The notes under the pieces are model-generated. The model was not told where the DNA came from. It was given only the letters and a program-made list of their open reading frames with translations, and searched no databases. 64,000 nucleotides of DNA from positions 7,316,001 to 7,380,000 of the forward strand of contig OZ024750.1 of the NCBI GenBank assembly GCA_964016885.1, written 5' to 3'. Of this stretch, positions 27,101 to 39,262 are shown one piece after another; the first letter of the stretch is position 1, and each line of letters opens with the position of its first letter. This DNA is from Eledone cirrhosa. Its lineage: Eukaryota. The position numbers and the translations under genes were made by a program.

Positions 27101-28277
27101 CTGTGAGGTGAAACAGAAACACCGCTCTAACCTAGGTGTAGAGCCAGTCACCTTCTCCCCTTCTCCTTCTCTATCCCTCCCTTTTTCTCATTTATGCATT
27201 TATACTCCTTTCCTTTACAGCCATATCTGCCCTTCTTTACCCCTTCTCACCTTTTCCACATTATTTATATAATTAATTCTGAAAACTTAATAAATAATTT
27301 TTAAACATTAAAAAAAAAAAAATCCATATTTAATATCTGATATACATTTATATTAAGATTTTAGCAGCTAATTCACAAGAGCAAATAGAGTTATGTGCCT
27401 TGCCGAGGGGAACAACAAAATGAGGTTAAACTCCTGACCAAATAACACCTTAACCTTATAGACAGTGCTTCATACATCATGGTGATTTTATTAAGTTTAT
27501 GAATTATGTTTTCAGCAAATAATTATCTGATGTTGCTTTCTAAAAGACATTAATTTATAAGAGATAACAGGACTTTTCAGGTGTCAAGAACACAACAACC
27601 TCTCTAGTCTTGGTGACATGATAAAACACACCCAGTATGTTCTAAAGTGTTTGGTGACAGGAAGGCTGCCCAGGCATAGAAAACTTACCAATATAGTTTT
27701 GTCTAAAAACCACTCCCACCTCTGAGTAGGGGCTTCAAAAGCTATAATAACTTCGCAACATATGAGACTAATATTTAAGTGGAAACAGAAGTAAAGGCTT
27801 TGTCTAACAAACCAATGCAATGTTTACAGCTATATAGAAATACAAGACTAAGAGTCTTACTCTTTTACCTGTTCCAACTATCTGACTGACGCCAGGCTGG
27901 GGCACTGCCTGACAGCTTATTTGATTGGACACTCTTATTATAAAAAGGAAAAATTAGTTAAACTTTAATTTAATTTGAAGATGCAGTCATGTAAATTATT
28001 TAAAACTTCTCAGTCAAATAAGAAAACGTGTTTATGTTCTAGTTTAGATTCCTGTCAGGCTTGATCAAATAGATCTATGATTGAAAGATATTCCAACTGT
28101 GCCATCCATATTACTTCAGACATAGTGTATCGAGGAGTACATTAACTAATGTGTCATTCCCCCCATCCCCTTTTTTGAAGGTGATAGAGTGTAATTTGTG
28201 GGAGTAGTAAGTTTAGCTGTTGTTTCTAGCAGTACGAACGACTATGCAGAGGCTGCTTGTTTGGCTCGATGTGTAAA

Positions 28278-28316
<39 letters not shown>

Positions 28317-28358
28317 CAGTATCAGATCTTGCTACAAGCTCGAGTCTTTCATTATAAT

Positions 28359-28680
28359 GGAGGTACGTAGCTTAGTGGTTAGGTCGTTCGGCTCACTATT
28401 GTGAAGTGGTGAGTTCGTTACATGGCGGCAAATTGTGTCTCTCAGCAGAACACTTCATTTTACATTTCTCCAGTTAACCCAGCTGGTAAAAATGAGTTGC
28501 ATCTAGGATTAAATGGGCCAGCCTCGTCTCTATCTGTGCCACACTGAATCTCCCCGAGAACTACGTTATGGCTACACGTGACTGTGGAAATGCTCAGTCA
28601 CTTGCACGATAATTCCACGAGAGGATTGTTCCGTTGATCGAGTCAACAGGAACACTCATCGTCGAGACCGACGGAGATCC

Positions 28681-28682
<2 letters not shown>
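28359..28682 (+). mobile_element. SINE with family-B head and core but an unrelated 3' half; related heads at 39920, 51795-51908(-) and 61215
   Basis: First ~140 bp align with 22172-22313, the remainder does not; ends in (CA)n. Confidence 0.7.
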
Positions 28683-28753
<71 letters not shown>

Positions 28754-28926
28754 GTAGTGGTAAAAAACCCGGGAGGTTATATCCAGAGTTGGTAGAGCAC
28801 TCATTCCAAAGGACAAGTTCAGTATAGAGATAGTCCCACAACAAATTACAAACCATACTTGAGAACTCTCTCTCTGTGAGCATATATATATATATATAGA
28901 TGTGTGTGTGTATGTGTGTATATATA

Positions 28927-28957
<31 letters not shown>

Positions 28958-29016
28958 ATATATGTATATATGTATATATATAGATGTGTGTATGTGTGTG
29001 TGTATATATATATATG

Positions 29017-29048
<32 letters not shown>

Positions 29049-29060
29049 ATTTGGACAGTC

Positions 29061-29111
29061 GGCTTCCTGATGATTTCTCCCGAATGAAACAGTTCTAGTC
29101 CTGTAGAAGCC
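29061..29111 (+). ncRNA. Type I hammerhead ribozyme motif (U.U-closed stem II variant), antisense within slo intron
   Basis: GGCUUC-CUGAUGA-uUUC(uccc)GAAu-GAAA-CAG(uucuaguc)CUG-UA-GAAGCC; perfect 6-bp stem I, GUA triplet; truncated second copy at about 59628-59671. Confidence 0.7.
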
Positions 29112-30669
29112 TTTCTATATTAAATATTTATATTCTGCTATGTATTGAGTACCTTAGTGTGATTACCCCCGATTGAACCCGGGATAAACTTATATATATA
29201 TATATATTAGAAAGGAAGTTTTACGGCATCCACATTTTACAGTATTGAATTTAATGGATCTGAATTCGATTAGATTTAATTTTCGATTAGATTTAATTTT
29301 GTATGTTATCGTCTGCAAATCTATGAAATAAACACCAGCAGTATTGTTATATCATGTCTATAGTCAGTGCTATAACTAAAAGAGCATTCTGCATAACAGA
29401 GTCTAGAGTGGTATTATCAAAATATTGCTAACACAAAAAACGACAGAAATGACATAATCACATCTTTAAAAGATCTAAAATAAATAAAAGGCTAAAAAAA
29501 TAACTGTCTAATCATCTGATGAATATTGGTGACTTGTCAAAAATTATTTAGTTTTATGATGTCGTAAATTAATTACTCTCCCTTCCAAATAATTTCCATA
29601 TCAGGGGAATGGTTTGTTAAAAATCCTTATCATTGTAACTTCTAAGGCTTGCTCCAAATGTCACCTTTTTTGACAAATGTACAAGATCTCAAATAAACCT
29701 ATACAAGGGCCAGTCAAAGCGTAATGTTTTTTTTTTATCATAGCAGGGTCATTTTTTAAAAATATAGAATGACTTGAAATTTGTCACAAAGGTGCATGTG
29801 CATAAAGAAGAAGGGACAAAATTGAGACTTCCATGTCTTGTTCAAGAGGTTTACTTGTCTAAGAGAAAAGGAAATGGCTAGAACCAAGAATGAAGACCGA
29901 ATTGTAGACCCATCTCACCGGAAGCTTACCGGTATCGAAAGGAAAAAAAAACATTTCCAAATTTGCTTACATTTAAGAACTATTAGTAGACTTCTGGATC
30001 GCTTATTGAACTGATGACATCCCTTAAATAAATACGAACATTTCAATCTTCCATTTACTCTCTCCTAAAAATCTCAAACATCACAACTATATAACAAAGA
30101 ATTATTACTATTTTCTAACTATGTTGGTTATACTGTAAAGACGTTGTTCTCTTAAGACACACAGTCCTTTCCATTCAATAATTCAGGCTTATATTTAGCC
30201 AATATTTATTCTACAGTGGTCTAAATGTATAGTGGTCGTTACACAACGCACTGTTTACGTTTTGTTCCACATGCAAGTATTTTGACAGTTTTAAACGGTT
30301 TCATTTTGATATTAAGAATTAGTTTTCCTTCAAATGGATCTCAACACTTTCTTTGATAGACATTTTATTAATGAAATAATTTTCGAAACGTTGGTTTCAC
30401 GAATTTGAAAATATAAGCGAAAATTTCATAACATTTTTATACACTGTAAACTCAAAATTAGGAATTGTGTTGTTAATTCTTTGAATATATATTGACCGAT
30501 GGCTGAAGAGATATTGGTACATTTTAGGAAATTTCTACAAAATCTGAAATATGCATACAACTAAAATTATTTGCAACATATCTTTTACTCAATTTATATT
30601 TTATAGACATTTAAAGAAACAACAGCAGCAAAAAACAATTTCATTTGAAATAAATATGAAATTACTCAC

Positions 30670-31023
30670 CAGTATTCGTCCGGTTGTAGTTTGTCCAGAT
30701 ATTAATTCTCCCGCCCAATCTTTAGCTTCAGTCATCCACCCGATTTCGGGGTCTGATGTCCTGAGAAAAGGTTTCTGTCCAGAAGCAGCGGCCCCTTGGC
30801 CAGCTGCCGCCAGAGATTTACTGTTCGCTGCCGCGACATTTGGATTGTTTCTGTGGCGACAACACAGTAAACTAACTATCCGACATATAATGATAACAAC
30901 TAGTCCTGATGAAAATGTAATCAAACTTGACATAAGAAATACATTCCATTGTCGATCTTCGCACTTATGAGAAGTGCTGTTGGCTTTAAAATCAACAAGG
31001 TCGGTTACATTAGGGGACGACAT
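30670..31023 (-). CDS. slo: First coding exon of BK/Slowpoke calcium-activated potassium channel alpha subunit (N-terminus, S0 helix, S0-S1 linker), 118 codons
   Basis: Translation MSSPNVT...[32 protein letters not shown]...[26 protein letters not shown] carries the Slo1 hallmark [26 protein letters not shown] at 31023; phase-0 donor CTG|GTGAGT at 30670/30669. Confidence 0.95.
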
Positions 31024-31490
31024 ATTATACAAAGAATGTGGCTCTAGAGTGAACAATAAACTCGCTTAGTTTCCTTTTTTTTTTACTCGTAAAGACGGAT
31101 CTGAAATGGGGATCTTATTTCAAATTGTTCTTTCCATAAAACAATTTAAATATAAACAAAATATTATTTTTCTTTTAATCTTGACTTTTTTCTGTATATA
31201 TGAAATATCGCCTTTCCTTAGCATCCCAGCAATGAAGTTGAAACGCGTTTATATATATATATCCCCTCAATAATTATCTTGCGAGGGGTGCAATTAAAAA
31301 TAAATGTTTTATCGCGCTGTTCTTGCTCATGTTTGCATGTAAAATGTTAAATTAATTAAGTTATATTGTTTATATCTAGATATTGGTGTAAATATTCCCT
31401 CTGTGAAGGTTTGTATTTGGTGTGGTGAGAAAGAGGAATAGCACAATTAAACACCACACAGAACATCATGGATGAAGAAGAAAACTAAAA

Positions 31491-31714
31491 CAGGTATAGT
31501 TAAGTTCTGTAAGACTAAATTGCCTTAACAAGTCGACACAGGTAACATTCCATCGGCCAATCCAACACTTCTCTGCTTTAAGCGAGAGACAGGTGAACAT
31601 CAAGTTGCCAAAGGTGGCATTTATTTAGGGTGGTTACTGTTGTTTGGTGAAAGCTTTTAAATAGATTTGGTTGTTTCAGTTTGTGAACCTTGTCGTTAAT
31701 AATCATATCCGTAG

Positions 31715-31752
<38 letters not shown>

Positions 31753-31865
31753 AGCAAACAAATAGTTAATTAATAAAACGATATGAAAAATAATTTAACT
31801 TCCTTTTTACATCAGTGAACGGAAAACACACACGTGTCAGGTGTGAACTACATAGATTCCAGGTA
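31491..31865 (+). promoter_or_regulatory. Cluster of five CAGGTA/CAGGTG motifs plus one CACGTG upstream of the slo coding exon
   Basis: CAGGTR at 31491, 31539, 31590, 31838 and 31860, all on one strand; CACGTG at 31831; non-repetitive context. Confidence 0.35.
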
Positions 31866-32725
31866 GGAGTGAAGGTGAGTGCTAATTAACAGTGACAACG
31901 CAAAGCTAATACTTTTGATTCCAAAATGAAAGTATTTTATCAAATTTCATACATGTATGTATGTATATATATATATACATATATATATCCGTGTTTATAT
32001 GAATAATGAATAAGTAATGTATATGTGTATTATTTCTTCATATGTGTATAATATCTGATCACAAATTAAATTCCCAAAACAGAAATAACAATAACAACAA
32101 CAGTTACAAAAATAGTGTGGGTATCAACAAAGAATGAAGAAGGAGAAAGCATGGAGGTGTATTATTCGCATCTTTTTTGATTGTTGTATTATATAAACCA
32201 GTTAAACTGGAGTGACTGTTATGAAAATGATTAAAAAAAACAAACAAAGCAGAGAGAAATGCAATGAACGAAATGCAATCTGCTAGATTCTCCGTCTTCA
32301 CTAGATACGTGAGTTGTTTGAATATCTATGGTAAATCGTTGTTATAGTTGTAGTAGCAGTAGCAGTCAGGAATCTCCTACTAACATATTACTACAGTTCG
32401 ATAGCAGTACACATATTGCTTGGCAGACACAATCAGGGATAATGAAAAGATAGTGTTTCGAGAGAGAGAACGATAGATAGGTAGTTACAAACAGACAGAG
32501 CGAGAGAGAGAGAGATAATATCCCACTACCTCTCCATCTTTCAACCAAACGTCAGTATCTCCGAAAATAATTTATTCCTCCAATTCTGGAATAAGACACG
32601 TTCCTGCAGTTCATCAAAAGCAATATGTAATTCGATATATGCCCATTTTAGTTGGTTCAACTAGTGGCAGTTGAAAAAAATGGAATATTGTTGCGTATCA
32701 CAGCAGCAAACATACAGACATATAC

Positions 32726-32785
<60 letters not shown>

Positions 32786-32870
32786 ATATCTATATATATA
32801 TATCTATATATATGTATATGTATGTATGTATAATTTAAAAAAGGTATATGTAACACATTTATAGGCTCAC

Positions 32871-32943
32871 GTAAGGGGTTTGCCCGCTTCAGTTAATGAG
32901 AAAATTACGATGATGAAACTACTGAAGCAGACGAAAATAATAC
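32871..32943 (-). other. Candidate 73-nt non-coding 5'UTR exon of slo
   Basis: Minus strand: U-rich tract ...tgtttgtttttCAG| acceptor at 32944 and donor C|GTGAGC at 32870. A matching acceptor ccccatttCAG| lies at 31101, upstream of the ATG. Confidence 0.45.
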
Positions 32944-33033
32944 CTGAAAAACAAACACAACAACAAAAACAACTGTGTAGAAATAAGTATCTGAATTGGT
33001 TGCAGACGGGAAGATAATCATGTATGTATGTGT

Positions 33034-33114
<81 letters not shown>

Positions 33115-33229
33115 TTATACACACACACACACACACACACGCACGAAATATATATATATATATACACACACGCACGAAATATATATATATATATACAAAT
33201 TTTAGTACAGCATCAACGAAGCTTTAGGT

Positions 33230-33275
<46 letters not shown>

Positions 33276-33340
33276 ATATATATATGTGTGTGTATATATA
33301 TATATGTGTGTATGTATATATGTGTGTATGTATATATATA

Positions 33341-33385
<45 letters not shown>

Positions 33386-33550
33386 ATATATATATGTGTG
33401 TGTGTATATATATATGTGTGTGTGTATATATATATGTGTGTGTGTATATATATATGTGTGTGTGTATATATATATGTGTGTGTGTATATATATATGTGTG
33501 TGTATATATATATATGTGTGTATGTATATATGTGTGTATGTATATATATA

Positions 33551-33607
<57 letters not shown>

Positions 33608-34363
33608 ATATATATATGAGAGAGAGAGAGACGCACGATATATTTATATATATAGTAAAAAATTGAACGGGAACAAAACAGAGAGGCAGTACGAACAAAG
33701 GTTTATTAGTTTCACGCTCTTGGGAGTGGGGTGGAGAGAGAGACACGCGCGAAATATATATGTATATATATAGACACGCACTAAATTGTGTGTGTGGTGT
33801 ATGTGTGGTGTATGTGTGGTGTATGCAGTATAAAGAACAACAGTTAAGAACGTTGTGCCCCCGCAACACAAGCTCAGCTGTGTTATTTTCTACCTGCCCA
33901 TTGCGCTGTTTATGTCAGGCATCTCCTCCAATAAGTCCGTGACAGTTCACACCTCCACCTGATTTTACACAGGCACACACATATCACTTATACCCGACAC
34001 TATATATCTTATACATACATACACATATATTACACGAGACACATCGATGGTGCTCAACAGATTATAATTTACACACACACACGTATATTACATGAGACAC
34101 ATCAACAGAGCCTGACATGACACTTTATATTTTATTCACACACAGACATACACATATATTTACACCAGATATATTATGAGTGCTCAACACCTTATGAGTT
34201 ACACATACACACGTAGATTATGCCGCCAACTTAATCCTGGAAGTGTTCAGCGATATATTGTCTTTTTTGTACGTGGGATTCCATCAAGTATATATCTATC
34301 TGATATGTAGATTTAACACTTCACTGCTCGCAAGTGTTTTTTAAACTTCATATCATGTCTCCC

Positions 34364-34434
34364 TATTTTATCTGATGAGAACGCAAGTATCATCCCATGA
34401 TGATATTTGTTTTTGAAATGCGCATAATAAAATA
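34364..34434 (+). ncRNA. Type I hammerhead ribozyme motif, same family as 51531
   Basis: UAUUUUAU-CUGAUGA-long stem II (caaguaucau/augauauuug)-GAAA-UGCGCA-UA-AUAAAAUA; stem I identical to 51531; stem III palindrome AUGCGCAU. Confidence 0.7.
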
Positions 34435-34529
34435 TATGGAACTCTTTTAACCATCTTTTGATCTTATATTTTATATATATATATATATATATTCTTAAAA
34501 AGGCTCCAGTTGCATTTTCGATTTCTTTT

Positions 34530-34575
<46 letters not shown>

Positions 34576-35450
34576 TGCTAAATTATTCCTATAAATAAAC
34601 TACCAATTCTTCAGGAAACACTGTGTTCGTTTTAGTTTCGAATATATATATTTATATATATTTATTTTCGAGTTCTTCACTTTTTAAATATTTTCTTCTC
34701 GTCTGTATTTCACACAAAAAAAAATCGTCTGTAATGTTAATATTTATTCGTTATATATATGTGTGTGTACGTATTCTATTTAATAGTTAAAATATTTAGA
34801 ATTCGTAAGATAAATATTTAAAGTATTTATATTTATAATAAATAGTTCAAGTCTGAAAGTGAACTATTTATTGACACACACACAAAAGGAAAGAAGCGAA
34901 AGTATACAGTAAGCTAGTAATTTCCTCCGGTCGATACTAAAAAGAAAGGTACCAGCTTACAGGAAGTGTAAAATATGAACAAGTCGCGTTAGTTATTGAT
35001 TAAGAATTTTCGTGTCAAGTCATCTTGCGTTGTGAGTGCATGTTTATTTGTTTATGATCGACAATAAGAAAATCTAGGGTAGAGAGCAAGCCATATTTCG
35101 GCGACATTGAGAAAGAATATTTTGCGAATTTCTTCATTTTATTGCTTATAATGGCTGTTTATTCCATACCAACAACAAAACTGCAATGCAACTAGTTGAC
35201 ACAAATGTTTAAGTAACAGCTGCAAATATGTAAATACTAAACAAAGGAGAAAAAAGAAACGAACATAACTGCAACAACAGCAAATTCACCAAAAAAGAAA
35301 GAAAAAAAAACTGAAATTCTTATATTATTTAAACATAAAATTTTATTTAAAGCCCTGTTTTATTTTCAAAGAATTTCGATTTAAAACGAAGAAATAATTG
35401 ATAGCAAAACATCTCGCACAATCAGTAATTATGTAGGAAGCGAATATTGA

Positions 35451-35489
35451 CTGGGAAATGCAGTCATCCGGAACATCACCGCCTGACGT
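35451..35489. promoter_or_regulatory. Promoter-like module: ACTACA-type (ZNF143-associated) motif, ETS core and CRE half-site
   Basis: ctgggaaatgcagt (reverse complement ACTGCATTTCCCAG) 35451-35464, CCGGAA 35468, TGACGT 35484. Confidence 0.3.
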
Positions 35490-37434
35490 AGTCAATGGAA
35501 TTGTTTAATTCAATACTTCTATTCACCCTCCACCACCACCCTCACCGTTTTCCATCACTGTTATTATTATTATAATTACAAAGCACCAGTAATGCACTGA
35601 GTCGATTTAATAGACTTACCCCCCCCCCCCCCCCAAAAAAAAATTGCTGGCCTTGCGCCTATAGTAGAAATCGAGGTTAACTTTGCCTTTCATCCTTATA
35701 GGGTCGATAAAATAAAGTACCAGTAATGCACTTTGATTATTGCTGGCCTTGTGCCAAAAGTAGAAACAATCATTATTATAATTATATTTCTATATTTATT
35801 TTTCGTGCCATTAAAAAAAAAAATTAAATTTTACTCCCAGGGGCTAGACCCCGAAGAACAAGATAGTTGGATAACATCCATGAGCTTGGCTGATCTCACT
35901 TAGGGGATCCAGCCGGATCAGTTAAAGACTGTTGCTTCTGTCAGGACCCTGCTGGAAGGAATGTTTGCGGACTCTGTCCCTGCACAACCCTCTCATGAAT
36001 AAGTGGGCAAAGAAAAAGAAGAAATTCTAATCCTTTCATTATGTAATACCCACCCTCGCCCCACACCTGCCCAGTTTTTATATAACTTTGTCAAGTATCA
36101 TATATAGTATTTACATTTATTGTATGTGCGAGCCTTTGTAGCCGAGAAAAGAAAGAAGCGACTATTATTAGAAACACACAAAGGTGGTGGTTGGCAGAAT
36201 CGATAGAGCGACAGACAAAATGTTTTGCGGTATTTGTTGCGTCTCAATACATTGTGAGTTCAAATCCCACTGAGGTCAACTTCACCTTTCAACTTCCCGA
36301 GGATAGATAAACTAAAGTACCAGTCAAATACCAGTATTTCGATATAATCAACTTTTCCCTCCCACAGACAAAATTATTGGTCTTGTGTCTAAATTAGAAA
36401 TCATTGTTTAACGTCAGTTCTCTCTTTTTTAGCACACACACACGCAGAGAGAGAGAGAGAGAGAGACACACACACATACACACACATACACTCTTACACA
36501 CAGGCACACATACACACACATACACTCTTACACACAGGCACACATACACAACACACGTGTAGGCAAAGGATAGAATGCTTTGCAGTATTCGTTCAGACAT
36601 TCACTGCTATGAGTTCAACTTTGCTTTTCATTCTTTCAATAATGTACCAGTTGTATATTGGTCGTTTCTTCCTCTATATAGTTATGTCCCTTTAAGTTCT
36701 GAGTTCAAATCCCGCCAAGATTAGCTTAGCCTTTCATCCTTACGAATTCGGTAAAATAAAGTACCAGTAACGTACTAGGGTCGATTTAATTGACTTCATT
36801 CCTACCCCCGAAAATCGTTGGCCTTGTGTCTAAATCAGAAACCATTATCATTATTATTAGTAGTAAGTGAGTTCAAATCCCGCCGAGGTTAGCTTTGCCT
36901 TTCATCCTTACAGGGTCAATAAAATAAAGTACCAGTAATGTACTGTGTAATTGCTGGCCTTGTGCTAAATGTAGAAACAATTATTAGTATTAGTAGTAAA
37001 AACTCCTTTTTTTCAGAAGGGAGAAAACCTTGTAAAGGTTTCTAACCACTTCCGAAACACTCTAATTTCTTGTGTTTTATTATAATGGTTTCTGATTTAG
37101 GCACAAGGTCAGCAATTTTTTTATTATTTTTTTTTTTAGTGAAGGGGAAAGTCGATTAAATCGAACACAGTGCGTGACTGGTACTTTATTTTATCGACCC
37201 CCGTAAGGATGAAAGGCAAAGCTAACCTCGACGGGATTTGAACTCAGACCGTAACTCTGCCATAATAACACTATGCTGCAAAACATGGCGCCCAACGCTC
37301 TACAGATATTGTCAATCCACCGCCATTTTGTTTTATTATAATTGTTTCTACTTTTGGCACAAGGCCAGCAATTATCCCAGTGCATTACTGGTACTTTATT
37401 TTATCGACCCCATGCTACTTAAGTACAATACTTA

Positions 37435-38283
37435 TCTATATATCTAAAACAGAGAATGTCTGTCCGATCACTAAAACTCGAGAACCACCCAACCGATTTT
37501 TTTCAAACTTTACACATGTAATACTTATGGTCGTGTGAATGTTTGGAGCAAAAAATATTTCAAATTTTCAATGCTTTAGGGACGGGATTATGCGAAAAAC
37601 CACATATTTTAGGGTTTTAAGGGTCTTTTGTGAGGCATAACGGAAAATAATCCAGGCGATTTCTTCAAAATTTGCATTACTTATGTCGTTTAAAGTGTTT
37701 TGAGCAAAAAAGATTTTCTCATTTTTTGCCCCAGGGGCCGCATTAGGCGAAAAACCGATTTTTTAAAGCATTTTGGTTGCGTTAGGGCCTGTAACTCGAG
37801 AAGTACCCAACCGATTTTTTAAAAATGCATATGCATTACTTATGTTTCACAAATTTTCTTGACTGAAAAAGATTTCAAATTTTTGCCCGGAGATCGCATT
37901 GTTTAGTATTTTGGTTGCGTTAGGGCCTGTAACCTTAAAAGTATCCAACTAAATTCCTTCATGCTCTCCACCACTGCAGTCCCACATGCTTACTGCTTTG
38001 TAACTTTCATTGTACCATGGCAAAACAAATACAGGTTCGGTTTGTCGAAAGCCTTTTTACTTAACCCTATCGTCTTGGCTTTCGTGGGTTGAACATTTTA
38101 CTCTCAGTCACCCAATTAAATTAAGCCCCTGGTAATCTACGACGAATTTTTTTTATAAGCACAAAATGTAGACACCACCCCCAGGCCGAGGTATTCCGTA
38201 CTTCTCTATACTGTTTCAGAAAGGAGGGATAAACATGCCAATCTATGTTTAGAATCCCGAGCAACGCCGGGCCATTCTGCTAG
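37435..38283 (+). mobile_element. Full-length non-autonomous Helitron (849 bp)
   Basis: 5' a|TCtatatatctaaaac..tgtctgtcc; 3' hairpin cccgagcaacgccggg (38256-38271) followed by CTAG|t; inserted between A and T without TSD; internal repeated modules. Confidence 0.85.
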
Positions 38284-39217
38284 TATTTACTAAAGCTAGA
38301 AAGTCGTACGGACATAAGCACGTGTATCATTTATTATGATAGGTTACCAGTAGTGCTATTTATTAATATCTTCTAGGTCTCCTTCATTTAACCACAGTTA
38401 GATGTCACATATTAAATTCAGAAATTGTTTTTCCTTTATGAAGATGACATTATACGTTTCAACAGTTGAACAAACCACGTTTGCTGTCAAATGAAATTAA
38501 TAATGATATATAGTATTCATAGAAAATGACAAGACATCAGAATTAAGGAGAAATATAAACTTATAATTCAATTTGTATCTAAGATGGAATAAAAAAAGAA
38601 TGTTAAACTCGAATTATAAGAGTAGGGTTAGAGGAGATTTTTATGTTCACGTTTATAAACGTTGTAACTTAAGATGGGTTAAATACAAAGCCGTGAGATT
38701 TATGTTTTTCCAAATAGTCTTAAATATATAAGTGATTTCTTAGAACAGTCATAAGAAAACTGGTAAACTGTGGCCTTTTTGGATTTCTGAATAGCATACC
38801 TATGCTGTTTTGTCCGCGGGGAAAGCCCAAACACAGCCCCACCCTAGGCCCAGAACCTACCCTCACTTCCCTTTCCCCTCTATTTCTTCTGTGGCCCAAG
38901 ATTCCTTGCTTTTTCCTTCCTTTCCTCTCATTTATGGCATTTATAGTCCTTTCCTCTACTTTCTTATGCAGCCAGACACGCCCTTCTTTACCCCTTCCCT
39001 ATTTTCTCATTATTTAATTTTGTTTTCATTTTTTCCATATTTATGTAATTATCAATGGTGCTTAATCAGTCAATGTTTGAATGTATTAAATACTTTGGTA
39101 TTTTAAACACACATTCTAATATATATCATCATCATCATCGTTTAACGTCCATCATCCACGCTAGCATGGGTTAGACAATTTTATTCCATTTGATGCATGT
39201 CTCGGTCGTACGGAAGC

Positions 39218-39262
<45 letters not shown>

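Larger units (their letters stand above)
1..30669 (-). other. slo: Probable intron following the first coding exon of slo (at least 30 kb, runs off the window)
   Basis: GT donor at 30669; the expected next exon (S1 helix, VVLVF..SIASL..YFIDAS-like) was not found by eye in 1-30669. Confidence 0.7.

Noticed and set aside
30551-30970. Plus-strand 139-aa ORF
   Set aside because: Antisense shadow of the slo exon with no recognisable homology.
34837-34872. 13-bp AT-rich inverted repeat
   Set aside because: Plausible by chance in very AT-rich DNA and has no supporting context.
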